Source: Eledone cirrhosa (Eukaryota). From it: 64,000 bases of DNA. Where the stretch lies: NCBI GenBank assembly GCA_964016885.1, contig OZ024741.1:148118001-148182000 (forward strand), written 5' to 3'. The translations under genes were made by a program, and so were the position numbers. The notes under the pieces are model-generated. The model was not told the origin of the DNA, searched no databases, and saw only the letters and a list, made by a program, of their open reading frames with translations. Below are positions 50,640 to 64,000 of the stretch, in pieces (the stretch's first letter is position 1; each line of letters begins with the position of its first letter).

Positions 50640-53600
50640 TGAAAGGTTTAATTGTGTGGTGTCAGCTTTTACTACATCATCCCAAGCTTTCCTAAGTCTT
50701 CCTCTTCCATAGTTTCCAGCAACTTTAAGTGTTCTGCACTTTTTTATGCAGCTATTATCCATACCATCACAGTCTCCTCTCCTGTACACTGCACTTGACC
50801 CTCTAATGCTCAGTATCTCTTTCAGTTCATTGATGCTTCATCATTCATGCACACTACTATTACGCATCCATCAGAGCATGCATGCCTAATTTTTTTCTAA
50901 ACTTTGTGGGTCCTCCGCACACAGCACCCAGATTTCACTTCCATACTGTATTGCAATTTGCGCACAAGTATCATACAATCTACCTTTCATTTTGAGGGGA
51001 AAAATCTTTTGTAGCTAGTAGTGGTAGTAGCTCCCTGAACTTTTTCCACCCTGTTCTCTCCCTGGTTGCTATACTTTCAGAAGACCCACCTCCACTACTA
51101 ATTTGGTCACCCAGGTAACAGAAGCTGTCAACTACTTCTAGGGAGTCCTCTGAGCATTTGATGGAGCTTGTTTCTTGTGAGCTGTTACTGCTTCTATGTA
51201 TCAACCACTCACAAAACCTACATTCTTTGCTAGCCTTCCTGAGATCCCACTACATCTCTTGTGTACCCATAGTTTGCATTTGGGAGAAATTAAATTTCTA
51301 TCTACTACTTTCCTGTATACTGAGCAAGGCCCTGAAGGAATCAGGGCTTTGTTTTCCTTTCTATTTACTAGGACATTAGTATTTGCAAAGTTGACTTTAA
51401 GACCTTTTGAATCCAGATTTTGCAGCTGAATCCGCTATAAGGACTAGATAATTGGCAACCAGTTTTAAACTCTGTTATGAAGTGGAGGACAATAATATAC
51501 AGAGCCTTGGTGAACCCACACCTGCATACTAAATTCCTCACTATACTCATTGTTAACTCTAATTTTGCTAACTATGCTTCTATACATGGCCTGTACCACC
51601 CTCACAAGCTACTTATCAAGTTTTCTAAGAGCCCACCAGATTATGGAATGAAGGACTCAAATGCTTTCTCCAAGTCAACGAATACCAACTAGAGGAACTT
51701 ACTTTTAGGTAAGTGCTTCCCTTGTATTTGTTTCACAAGGAAAAGAGCATCTGTAGTAATTTTACCTGGTACAAAGCGGAACTGCATCTTATCTAGATTA
51801 GCTCGATCCCTATTCAGTTGCACAATAACTCTTTCCGCAACTTTCATGATCAGGTCCATCAACTTGATGCTTCTCTAGTTTCCACTGTCTAGTGTATCTC
51901 CCTTGTCTTTGTTGCAGTATCCGATAATGCTGCTATGCTAGTCATTGAGTACGGTACCATTCTGTATTACTTGGTTTATGCTAAGACTTCAAGAATTATA
52001 TGGACCACAAAGAAGAGGTAACAACAAAACTCACAGCCATTGACAGCAAAACAGTACTGCAGGAAAAAAAAAAAAAAAAAATCGGTGATCCTTGATAGAT
52101 TTGTCAATCATTTTGACAGCCTGCTCAATATCTCAGGTGACATGGACTATACTGCCCTCAAGAAGGTTACACAACAGTCAACCATCCAATTCTTATTTTC
52201 AAGGAATTCAATGATGCAATTGAACAAATGAAAGGTAAAGCACCTGGCAGATGTGGCATACTCACTGAAATTTGGAAGCATAGGGGTGTAAAGCTTATTG
52301 AAAGCCTATATAGCATTGTGATCCAGATCTAGGAGACAGAAACAGTTCCACAAGACTGGAAAGATGGAGGCATTGTTCCTGTTTTCAAAAAAGGTTGTAG
52401 AATGAACTTTTATCAATAGCTGGGAAGGTCTTGGCTCATATTCGGTTAAACAGAATGAGTATAACTGTCTAAGTGGCTTCCATGGCAGTAGAAGCACAGT
52501 GGGCATGATCTTCTGTCATCACCAAACTCACAGAAAATGCATTGAACAGAATATGTCTATGTGTGCAGTGTTCATTGACTTCACAAAGGCTTTCGATACA
52601 GTATTTTGTGATGGACTTTGGGAAGTTCTTAAGAAACATGGATACCCTCAAAGGTCCATCAACTTGATCAAGTCTCTACACAAAGGAATGCAGCCATTTG
52701 TAGCACAAGGTAGCAACACCTCAAATGAGTTTGCAGTAACAAATAGAATTAAACACGGATGTGTACTTGCTCCAGCATTGTTCTCCCTTTAACTCACAGC
52801 AATGTTGGAATTGTCTTCGAAAGAGTTGGAGAAGAGATTCACATCGAGATACGACATGATGCTGATCAATTCAATGTTGCACAGTATTTAAAGCAAAGAC
52901 AGGCACTACCAAGATCCTAGTGTGAAAGATGCTGTTTACTGATGATAGTGTGATCACAGTGCTGAAGATATACAGAAACTGGTAGATAACTTTGTCAAAG
53001 CTGCATCACAGTTCGGCTTAAAGATTAACATCAGAAAAACAGAATGTCTTTACCAACCTGCCCATGTAACAGAAGATAACATGACTATTAGACATGAAGA
53101 TACTAGTTCAGTGTAATGCATGACTGGACCCAAAAATCACATACAGAATGAACAGATCTAGCGCAGTATTTGACAGGCAACAGGAGAGGCTGTGAAAGAA
53201 TAGGCATGTTTCTATACAGGTCACATGTAAGGTGTACCAGGATATAATGTTTTCTTCCCTACTATATGGAGTGGAAATATGGACAGTCTATAAAGCTCAA
53301 GTAGACAAGATACATGCATATATGATGAGACAGCTATGGCAAAATCATGAATATTACTCTATTTGACAAGATCAGGAATGAAGAGATCTTCCAGCATGCT
53401 GGTCTGTCTCCTATTATGGAAATCCTCATTGATAAAAATTTACAATGGTTGGGACATGTACACAGGCTGGACAACAGCAGACTCCGCAGACAATTCCTTT
53501 ACTGCCAATTATACATGGGGAAAAGAAACCAAGGAAATACTAGACTGACAGATTCATAGATACTATGAAAAGGAATATGAAGTGAAAACCAATCAGTATA

Positions 53601-54300
53601 GCGAAAGCTTATCAAGACATGAACAGTCATAGTCACGTTAACTGACTGCTTGATGATGATATAGGTGGTTAAGGTGTGGTCCACCATCCCAGATGCTTTC
53701 AGCATCTCAGCAACTATCCCCATTACCAGCTGACGGTTCCCTCAGCCCTCATGTCTTTTATCTCTAGGTTGCCTTGTCCTAGAGTTCATCTAGCTCTAAC
53801 TTTAGAGTAATTAACTATTAGGTTATGTTGGAAGTACATTCCTCACCAGGAAGAGACTTTGTATTTACAACCATCAGTCTATCTCATCTTCTGGTGAGGA
53901 TAAAATCTATTTGGCTGGTGTGCTCACCTCACTAATAAGTGATCAATTGGTTGGCTGTTTTTCAAAGTTTGAGTTAGAGAGATTATTGGCATTGCAGAAT
54001 TCCAAGAGCCTTGATCCCTCCTCATTTCTTGAACCAAAGCCTCTGTAGATCCCATAGAAGTCATCACAGTGTTACCTAACATATCCATTAAAGTCGACTG
54101 CTACAATTATAAGGTCACCATCACTTGTTGGAGAAATAGTTTGCATTAGGGATTTGTAAAAGTTGTTTTTTAGTTCATCTATTAGTCCTGATTTTGGTGC
54201 TTACACCAATATATTTGTTACAGCTTTATGTAGTTTAATTATTCTGTCATTCACTCTATTTACTCCATTTACCTTATCTATCAATTTTTCTGCTAACATC
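50640..54300 (-). mobile_element. Old PHD-type RTE LINE (endonuclease to C-terminus) split by a nested LINE
   Basis: IVAEMLKASG at ~53700 continues as INQVIQNG at ~51975; VVDSFCYLGDQISSGGG at ~51100; endonuclease remnant 53980-54300. Confidence 0.8.
51981..53658 (+). mobile_element. Degenerate BovB-like RTE LINE nested in the opposite orientation
   Basis: FIDFTKAFDTV, GCVLAPALFSL, LQWLGHVHRL; TGATGATGA tail; no PHD insert. Confidence 0.82.
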
Positions 54301-54827
54301 CTGTGCAGAGAGTGAGAAGAGGGAAAAAGATTTTAAAAAAGGACAGTCAAAGAAAAAAAAGAAATATATTTCACAGTGTAGGTGTGGTAATTATCTTTAT
54401 TATTAATATTGTCTAACAGTAGTAATCAGTCTGTTTTAATATTCATTCTCCTTATTTAAAAACTGTTTCGCAATTGCAGTGGAGATTTATTATTGGTTTT
54501 TAACAAATTGTTAATGAAAGTCAGCACTGAAATTATAATAAATAGGTAACAAAGTCATAATAAATAAGTGTAAATTGAAAATGACCAACAAACACACTCC
54601 CCAAAATCTTTCTTCACTGTTACATAAGTAAATTTTCAAAACTCTTGGTAGGTAGTCACTCTAACACACACACAAGCATGCACTATGAGATCGGATAAAA
54701 TAAAATTGTTTAAATAGAGGTGAGGACTAAAATTTACTTACAAGTGTATCTTACCTAGTTAATCCTCAGTAGGAGAGACCATTTCTATAACTTAAGCATG
54801 TATATTTTGTCACTGACAGTCACTTAA

Positions 54828-55254
54828 CCCTTTTGATACCAAACCACCTGAAACAGTCCCTGGTTCTATGATGCATGACTGTCTTATTTAAAAACCTTCC
54901 ATCATAATTTTACCTAAGAACCTTTTGTTGTGTTCCAGATACCAACTTAATAATGAGAAAGCTAGTTATATTTCAAAATCTATACATAAAGATGAAAGTT
55001 TCTTTGGATCATGTCACCTAAACTGCCTGAAGCTGCCCTGGATTTATGACACAAAGCTGTTCATTTTTAAATGTTTATCCTTAAATAAAATTATGATGGA
55101 AGGTTTTAATATAAGAAATTTTTGTTTAGTAATATGCTAAATATCTAAGAAAACCTTAGTTATTTCTTCAAATCCCTCCAAATTTGGGGTTTATTTTCAA
55201 AATTAATTGCAATACACAGGCAGTGTATTTATTAGAAACATAATAATGAAAGGG
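54828..55254. mobile_element. TTAA-flanked piggyBac-type MITE (second family) with internal duplication
   Basis: TTAA|CCCTTTTGATACC...GAAAGGG|TTAA. Confidence 0.75.
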
Positions 55255-57615
55255 TTAAAAACTTCCTCTGCACCAATGCTCAAGTTCAGATTTTGTAACA
55301 CTATACAGATAAGAGAAAATTTCCTTTGAAGAGGATATCATTCAATCACAGACAACTTTCCCTTAAAATGAATTAAATTTAGTGATATCTGCTAATGAAA
55401 CACTTGTCAGTTGCCACTGTTTGTAGTGATGAACTAAATACAACCCTATAGTGTCTATTCAGCTAAGTGAACTGGGCCATTGAGAGTTAAATACTTTCAC
55501 CTTGGATATAGTCAGTGATAGAAATGTATTTTAGGAAGTAAAGGTATGCTTAAGCTAGTGGGGTTGGGGAGAGGTGGGGAAGGATGATATAAGACTGTAG
55601 CTCGCCTCCTTCTTTTCCTCCTCAGAAACTGAAAAGTAGAACCCAACCCATTTTTGTGTCCTCTTCCTCCTATTTCTATCACTGGGTATGGCACTGTGTC
55701 ACTGACAAGATAAAAAGCAACAAGCCTGTTCAATTTAATCAGTCCACACCCTCACATAACACCCCTTGCTAAATTGTAAATGGATTAGTCAGGGTTTTAA
55801 TTTTTTTTAAAATAAATAAATAAATAAACAGGACAGTTGTTCACCATACATACACAACTTGTGCAATTGGTTGATAAATAATATATATATGTGTGTAAGT
55901 GAAATGAAATTTTAAAATAAAATTATTTAAAAAATTCAAAAAGTTTTATATATTTCATATATTTATGTACCATCCAATTTATTTGGTGATCAAAGGAGCT
56001 TCTAAGTGCATCACATGACCTGCTAAAACAGAAGCCAATGAGAGAGTACCTCTGTACATGACCTGCCAACATTGCAGCCAATGAGAGACCATCTATGAAA
56101 CATTATATTGCCAGTCGATACAACAACCAATTAGAGATCTTCTATGTATATATCTTATGACTGATAATACAACAGCCAATGAGATACTGTCTATATAAGA
56201 GACATCAATTAATAAATACATGAGTGAGATGTTCAACCCAAATTACTAAATGTTTTTTTTCTTTTTTGTTTGTTTTTTCTCAGTGCAGAAACCAGATCGA
56301 AGAACAGACAAAGTCACAGCTACAAAGTAATCCATACTATGAGGTTTAGTTTAACCAAACACCAAATTTAAAGGCAGGAAAATACTTCTTGTAGAGTAAC
56401 TGTAGTTAAGGGAATACAATACAGCTGATCACTTATGAGTGATCAATAACTAACAAGCTGTCTGTAGATGTTTGTCAGACACCTTTGATTCTATGCTGTG
56501 TATATTGCCCAATCAGAACTGATCTCTGGTAACCAATGGCAACAACACCAACAACCACATAATGTGTTAGTGCTTTTTTTTTAACTTTTAAATAAATAAA
56601 ATATACTTTAAAATCTTCTCTAAAGATAAAATACTGATTTCTTACATAGGCACAAGGGCTTGGATTTATAGGGAATGTGGGATGAGATGATACACAGAGG
56701 TGTTCATGCTTTTCGTCAAGGACATTAACAGCATAAACTAATTGGAGTAACTACAACTGGGAAATAAAACTGAGTTGTCAGTTTGACACTCCAACAAGGA
56801 GCTTCACCTATTTTTGTGATATTTCACACTAAAATTCTAAAGAGAAAATACTGTTTCTTTTTTGTTTTGTTTTTTTAGTTTGTTTTTTTTATTTATTTAA
56901 TTTACAAGGCCAGCTTTTGCATGGTTGGGTAGAATCATTAAAACTGACTCAAGTACATGCCCGCTGATATCTATTATGTCATCAAAAATGAGATAAAAGG
57001 CAAAGTCAACTCAGAAACAGAGAGGAATAAAAATAAGTAGTATAGTGCCTTTAATCCAGTACTCTAACATTTATGCCAACACAGAACACACTCTAAAGAT
57101 AAAACAAGGATTTCTTAAATTGATATTGGCACAAAGCCACAAATTTACAGGGGAGGGGTATAATTAATTGATTTGAACCAGTATATGACTGGTACTTCTC
57201 AATACATTCTACAGATAAAACTAAGAATTCTTATATTGGCACAAGGCCACAAATTTGTAGGAGAGGGGTATAACCAATTGATTTGACCTAAATACATGAC
57301 TGGTACTTATTTTAAAGGCAAATCCTGGTGGGATTTCAACTCCTGGTATAGAGGGACAAAAGTATTAAATACAGATTTCCACCATTTCTTTCATCCCACT
57401 ATAGACAATTTTTTTTAATGACACACATGTGAAATAGGTTTTCTGAATGTCAAATAAATAAAAATTCCATTGAAAAACATTACAAAGTTAGTATGTACAA
57501 TGTGAAAAACAATCATTTTTTTTTTCTGGTTTTGTTTTATATTTCTCTTTCACACATAGTAAAATAGTTATTTCATTTTGTCCAACTGAAAAAAATATAC
57601 TATCATCAACATTGG

Positions 57616-57821
57616 CTAAGTGTCTTCACGTTGTATATTAAAACAAGATGGAAATTTCCAGCTGCGAGTGCCGCCACACACTCTCAGTGCAAGCCAGTCA
57701 TCTGTGTTTGATACAGAGCATATGTCTTTCTCATTGTTTCTTACTTCTGTTTCAGTAGAACTTTCACAGTTAGCTCCCCTGTGATTACTCTCTGTATTGC
57801 AGCTGTCAGCAGTATCGGAAC
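57616..57821 (-). CDS. CCDC142: CCDC142 terminal coding exon (...DDWLALRVCGGTRSWKFPSCFNIQREDT*)
   Basis: ttacag acceptor, phase fits, TAG stop. Confidence 0.8.
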
Positions 57822-60800
57822 CTGTAAGCACATTAAAAAGAATTTAAATGCATAATTAGAAATGGATTCTCTACATAGGACATAAATGATGACTGTTTTT
57901 AAGTTAACTCTTTTGTTAACATATTCCTAATCAAATACTCTATTTTAAAATAATTTTGAAAATCAAGAATTTGGAGGTGCTTAGTAATATAACTTCCTCA
58001 TTATATTATTAAGTGCTGGTGTAGGACAGTAGGTTGGCAGAGTTGTTAGAGCGCCAGACAAATGCTTATCAGTATTTGTTCTGGCTCATTACATTCTGAG
58101 TTCAACTCCCACTGAGCAAAATTTGCTTTTCATCCTCCTTGGGTTGATAAAGTAACAGTCAAGTACTGGGTTGATATAATCGACTTTGCCTTCCTCATAA
58201 ATTGTTTGCTTTGTGCCTAAATCAGAATCCATTATTAAGCTAGTTTTTGGAACATAAAGGTTCTTACATAAAATTATGGTAAAGGTTTTTAGATAAATAT
58301 AAACACTTTAAAACAAACTGTTTTAAAGAACCAGGTATTTGGGAATCTAAAGGTGTAATGAAATGTAATGACTGGTATCATACATAAGAATATGTGTTTG
58401 AAAAGACAATGAAGAACCCAGTAATGAGCAGGTTAGATAACAGGTAACTGAAGATTGATGTATGCATGAGGTAATAAGTGTATGAGTCAGAAACAACCTC
58501 ATCAGCAGACCAGTGGTGGTCTATATTTTACATCTGGCTCTGACTAGATGTAAAATATAGGCCACCATAGCTGGTAACAGACTCAGACTAGATGTAAAGT
58601 ATAGGCTGTCAAAGCTAGGAATGCGAGAAATAAGTTGTTAGTGGTGATGGTGGTGACGTGATAATGGTGATGATGATGATAGTGATGGTGGTAGTGATGA
58701 TGATAGCAATGATCTGACTTACTAATGTCATCGTTAGCACAAGTATCAGTGAAGCGAGCTGAAGCTCGTTTCTTTGGTTGTCGTTGGAGTAAAAGCACAA
58801 TTCCATTCAAATAACTGAAAACAGAGAGTTGGGTGATACTCTGTCGGACTTCATTATTCCGAATGGCACTACTTAGCCATGTTCGCACAAAGTTAAAATC
58901 TGCACCAAGCTGGTGAGCACCATGTAAACTGAAATGAAGAAAATAATTTTATCAATAAACCATTCAGGTAGCACCCCGTTACCACTCCTACCTCCACAAA
59001 AACATTTTTTTAACTAAAAATAAATTTGGATGCCCCGCCTATCATCAACCACTTTACAAAGTGTACTAGTTGCATTTATTGTATAGATCTCCAATGCTAG
59101 AGAGGGTGTTATACCTTTGATAGAAGTGAAGAGTCCACTCAACCCTAAAATTAGAGGCTTACTCAACTTAAATTATCTTACTAATTACAAAGAAATATAA
59201 TAATTACAAGTTTGCAAACAGGTAGCATTTTAAACATTTAACTATGTGCAACTATATAACCTTAAACTAATTGCTTATGTATTACTTTTGGAATAAAGTT
59301 TAATATCACTATGGTGTCTTTTCCATTCGAATTTCTTAACAGTAAGCTGCTAGTTATTTAATTACGGCTCACCCTGTATATGTGAAAAAAAAAATTAATG
59401 AATTTTAAAAAAATTTAATTAAATACCTAAATTTAATTTTTTCCTTCAAAATGAAATCCGTCCATGCTTCACACATGGCAACAGTTGCTATGGAGATAAC
59501 ACTAAGTTGTGATGTCACTCTCAGTTTACTGACGCCCTCTACCACCGGTTCAAGTATTGTTTCCAGTGCATGTTCAATATAATCCTGCTGTTCGATCGTG
59601 TAATCTGAAGAAAACATTTAAGATTGCATAATCATTGAAACTATATTCACTTTCAAATTACCATAAGTAAGTACTCAACTACTATTTCTGTAACTTCAAA
59701 AAAAAAGTGTAAATTTTCAAGTTACCATTAAACCTACCCACACTTTTACTTCTCCAAATTTTGCCTCCAGGCATATTATTCTGGAAAAATTGCTTTGATA
59801 TTTTCCCACAATTTTCGGAAAATAGTTTCATTACTGAGCCAGATAAAGACTGAAAAGAAATGGAAAAAAAAAAAGAAAAGAAAAGATTTTACAAAGCCAC
59901 CTCCAAAATGACATTTATTTTTGCATCACACTTTGTTGGTTAACAGGTTTCCAATGAGCCAATCTCTGGTTTGCTACAAAAACAAGGTGAGAGTCACAAA
60001 GGAGTGCAAGTGCAAGTCAGGCAGAAGAAAAACTTTCAGATATTTTTCTTCTGAAGCACTGAAGGGTAAAGCAGGCAAATTTATCAACATCAGAGGGATT
60101 TCTGAGTGCTGAAAACTGAAAAGAATACTGCAAGACACTCTATCTGATGCTCTAACAATCCTACCAATTCACCACCACACATCTACATACACACAAATAA
60201 TTGACATTTCAGATAAACAAAGAAGCACTGAAAAATGCTTTAATATTGAAGTAAACAAAAGTTATACATTTTATTTTTCATCAGACCAAAACAAAGGTTA
60301 AAGTCATTAACCCTTTAGAATTTACATTACTCTATATATACTATTGTATTTTTGTGGTAAAGGCTTTATCTCACTTAATATCGAATCTATGAGATTTTGA
60401 TATTATTAATTTTGAGAACAATACCTTAACAACAGTATGAGCAGCTGGTTATGGCCGGTTTGATCAGAAAGAGGTGAGAGAATTCTGACCGGATATGGTA
60501 GGTATAAATTCTAAAAGGTTAATACAGCACAAAGGGTGACACATTTGACAATTGTATAGCAAGAATTGTTCTGTTTTGGGGTTTTTTTTTATGTTTTGAG
60601 TTCAAATCCCACTGAGGTCAATTTGCCTTTCATCCTGGGGGGGGGGGGGGGGGGTCAATGAAATAAAGTACCAATCAAGTACTGGGGTCGACTTAATCAA
60701 CTTTTCCAATATCCCCAAATTACTGGGCTTGTGTCAAAATTAGAAACTATTATTAATACAGCACAACAACAGGCATTTTAAGACCATTTTCTCTGTTTCT

Positions 60801-62813
60801 CCATTAGATCATAGTAATAGGAGTAAATTAATGTTTTAGAATATTGTTTTCTAAAAATCTAACTTGCTGCTTAGCACCTTAGACAAGTGTCTTCTACTAT
60901 AGCCTTGACCAACCAATGCTTCTACTATAGCCTTGGCCAACCAATGTTTTTCGTAGATGAAAACTGTAATGAAGTTCATTGATGGTATGTTTGTTTCTTC
61001 TCTTCAGATTCAATATCACAGGTGGTGATATTGGTTTACATTCTGTATAAAACAAAAATCTCACTGCTCAGTGGTTAGTTGGGTGAATGTGCCTTAAAAA
61101 TATATATGAAGGTCAGCATCAGGAAGGACACCCAACCATAGAATTCTACCTCAAAATGCCTCACCCAACCCATGCCAGCATGGGAAAAAACATTAAACTG
61201 ATAATGATGATGATGAAAAATGAAACAAGATACATAGAGATAATAAAGTAAATACATATATAGTTGATTTTCTTATATTTACCTGCAGTTGAGAATTGAT
61301 ATCTTCCAATTCATGATAGACTTCAGTGAGAGCAGAGTGTACATAAGCATTGTGCAACGAATTATATAATGACAGATTCGTACATAAGGTTTGTGCAATA
61401 CACACAGCACGCTTAGTTTCATCAGACAATATCTAGGGGGGAAAAAAAGTGATGAAAATAACGTTGTGCAAGCTCAATAAATTAACCCATTTGATATTAA
61501 ACTGTCTGAAACTATCACTGGTTCTATGATTCAAAACTGTTCAATTTAAAGTATATATATAATTATTTAAAAACCATCCATCATAATTTTATGTAAAACC
61601 CTTTGTTATGTTCAAAATATCAACTTAATACTGATAAAGTTTGTTATTTTACTAAATTCTTCCAAATTCTTGATTATTTGAAAATCATAAACAATGTCTT
61701 TCATTAGAAATATGGAAAGGATAGGGTTAACAAACTATGCAGTCCAAAAGTTGATTGATAAAACAGGTTCAAATTCTAGGAGCTATTTCTCTTTAATTAT
61801 TTTGAAGAGACATAGAATAAAAAGTATTTAAACCATGGATTTAAACTTAATCCCTCACCCAGTTTAACACCACTACATGACTCTTAGTTGTCAGCATTTG
61901 GACCAGAATTCCAGTTTGAAGATACCTTACTACTTCCACTCTTGGAGGTTCTAAAAACGATCATTGACTAAAGAGTGAAAAAAATTTTTGTCACGAAATT
62001 GAGACTAATGAGTTTTTCTCATTCTAAGACAGTCCAGTGTGATTTGAAGGAGATTTGGGTGCTATTTTGAACAGATTGATTGACCATGTAGAGACTCTAT
62101 AATTGGCTCAGGCCATATACAAGTAATTTAAAACTGTAATAATAATGAATGGAGTATTTGTATTTGTGTATGTGCACCACTAGTCACTGCAAATGCTATG
62201 TTGACACTTTATAAAAAGCAAGCAGTGACATTGTTTATGTTCCCTATAAGCAAACAATATGCCCTGAAGAACATTTAACAGTATATACCATACTTGAAAA
62301 AATAAGTTATGAGTTGCTGTCAGGAAGGGTATCTAGCCATAGAAAACCTGCCACAAGAGTCTTGTCCCAACATATTCAAGGAAAAAGGAGACAAAAATGA
62401 TAAGGATGAAGATCTTAATCTTTTGATACAACCTGTCCAAAACCAGCTGGTTCATACAAATAAAATACCCATTTTGAAGGGTGCCTATTTAAATTAAAAC
62501 CTTCCAAAATAATTTTATCTAAGAACCTTTTGTTAATTTACAAATACCATAGGAATTATGAAATAATAATCTTAGTAGATTCATTCAAATACAGTGTATT
62601 TTATTAGAAATATCATAACAAAAGGATTAAAACTTACCTTTAAATCTGTCTGTGTGACAAGAATGAACGAACCAATTGACCAACTGGCAAGGAATTCATG
62701 GGTCTTGGAATAGCACCATGATAATGCAATGCATGCTGTTGTTTGAAGGCGAGTGAAAAGAGACAATATTCGAGTTGGGTCCACAACAGACTTCTGTAAA
62801 CTGGACTCAGGTC
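57616..62813 (-). CDS. CCDC142: Coiled-coil domain-containing protein 142, 3' part. Exons 62813-62638, 61432-61283, 59849-59738, 59604-59427, 58928-58723, 57821-57616 (TAG stop).
   Basis: Phase-consistent GT-AG exons; motifs FLASWS.GSF.L..QTDLK, MPGGKIWR, ILEPVVEGV, CEAWTDFILKEKIKFSLHGAHQLGADF and WLALR resemble CCDC142. Confidence 0.82.
58723..58928 (-). CDS. CCDC142: CCDC142 exon (LHGAHQLGADFNFVRTWL...NDDI)
   Basis: 206 nt, tttcag...gtaagt. Confidence 0.85.
59427..59604 (-). CDS. CCDC142: CCDC142 exon (DYTIEQQDY...EKIKF)
   Basis: 178 nt, ttcag...gtattt. Confidence 0.85.
59738..59849 (-). CDS. CCDC142: CCDC142 exon (SLSGSVMKLFSENC...MPGGKIWRSKSV); absent from the ORF track
   Basis: 112 nt, ttttcag...gtaggt. 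Confidence 0.82.
60311..60518. mobile_element. 208-bp piggyBac MITE, second copy
   Basis: Same length and sequence as 25741-25948; TTAA flanks. Confidence 0.85.
61283..61432 (-). CDS. CCDC142: CCDC142 exon (ILSDETKRAV...INSQLQ)
   Basis: 150 nt, ccctag...gtaaat. Confidence 0.82.
61486..61726. mobile_element. TTAA-flanked MITE, second family
   Basis: TTAA|CCCATTTGATA...ATAGGG|TTAA. Confidence 0.72.
62638..62813 (-). CDS. CCDC142: CCDC142 exon (PESSLQKSVVDPTR...QTDLK)
   Basis: Donor gtaagt is clear; acceptor position is less certain. Confidence 0.75.
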
Positions 62814-63098
62814 CTTCAACAATAAAAACATGTTTCTTTTTAATCCAGAAAAGAATTTGATAAAATAGAATCAAGAAAATAATTCTTTACTGTTTCTAAA
62901 CCAAATAATACATTGTCAAAAATTATCACACAATTATTTTACATGAATTTTCTGTGTGTATCTGGTTTAGAATAGGTACATCATATACACGCATGTCATA
63001 AGAAATTACTGAAGGTTTCGTACCAGGATGTTCATCTGGATATAAAACATTGTTTTAAAACAGCAAGGAAAAATGGCCTTAACCCTTTAACATTTACA

Positions 63099-63914
63099 TC
63101 TCTCTCTATATAAAATTCTTTGTCTCTCTATCCGTCTGTCTGTTTCCTTTTGCATTCTCAAACGGCTCAACCAAATCAAAATCAAATCAAATTTTGCAAG
63201 TATTGGACGCCGGGATTAACAACATATAATTTTTTATTTTCATTTGGATTAAAACAATATAACATCTTATCTATAATATTCTTCTATAGACTATAAGTAA
63301 ATGACATTTTATAACACAACAATGATGACAACACTATATTTTGTATATGAGTATGTATGTGTCTGTGAGTTTGTGCATTTGTTACAAACATTAGGCCTTA
63401 GTAAGTTACATACACATACATCTTCACACAGAGAATTAAACACACACACATCTACACATACATATACATGTGTCATGACTGACAAGTATATGTGTATGAG
63501 TGTATGTGAGGTTGACATTAAGAGGCTTCAGTTACCAGTCAAACTAAGTTTTGTTATTTCAACTAACAAATCTCAGGGTCAATCCCTCAATGTAGTTGGA
63601 CTTGATCTCTCTACTACATGTTTCTCCCATGGTCAACTCTATGTTGGTTGCTCACGAGTTGGAAACAGCAACAATTTATTCATTTGGACACCAACATAAA
63701 ATTACACAATGAATATTGTTTACCCTGAGGTGCTTCAAGATTGACAGGTTTTCATTTTTAAATTCTATTATCATTACAATTTTAATATTTTTTTTATTAT
63801 AAAATGTAGATATTTGAAATAATTATGAGAAAAACAAATATATCTCCATATTTATTGTTTACTAATATGAATAAAAACAGCAGTAACCCGCGCAACACCG
63901 GGTGACTCAGCTAG
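63099..63914 (+). mobile_element. Complete 816-bp non-autonomous Helitron with PIF1 C-terminal remnant, inserted into a piggyBac MITE that starts at 63083
   Basis: A|TC...CCCG-CGCAACAC-CGGG...CTAG|T with no TSD; TNKSQGQSL...CFSHGQLYVGCSRVG; MITE sequence TTTACA|TTAC rejoins on removal. Confidence 0.9.
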
Positions 63915-64000
63915 TTACTGTATATAAACTATTGTATTTTCACAGTAAAGGCTTTGATATTATTTATTTTGAGAAAAATACCTTAACGTCGATATGAGGG

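Noticed and set aside
58640-58705. Poly-His coding stretch in ORF 58583-58888
   Set aside because: Lies past the exon donor at 58723; an intronic (CAY)n microsatellite.

Overview
Eukaryotic, AT-rich, repeat-dense animal DNA. The SINE and RTE repertoire suggests an octopod cephalopod, which is an inference. Two intron-containing genes lie on the minus strand: the last 6 coding exons of CCDC142 (62813-57616) and the first 11 coding exons (615 codons) of the condensin I subunit NCAPG (ATG at 36860, last visible exon 19153-19034, continuing beyond position 1). A candidate non-coding first exon of NCAPG with an E2F/CDE-CHR element lies near 48.2 kb. The next NCAPG intron is at least 19 kb and holds a ~17.7-kb array of a 22-bp satellite with 2.6-2.9-kb higher-order blocks. 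A 698-bp solo LTR sits in the array twice (duplicated with its flanks), and a second probable solo LTR caps its right edge. The rest is transposable elements: RTE LINEs carrying a PHD-type C4HC3 finger inside the RT, partner tRNA-derived SINEs, a deleted piggyBac and TTAA MITEs, a hAT/Charlie element, stacked and chimeric Helitrons, and CRE and Chapaev-like relics. All coordinates were read by eye, so TE boundaries are approximate unless a terminus or TSD is quoted.
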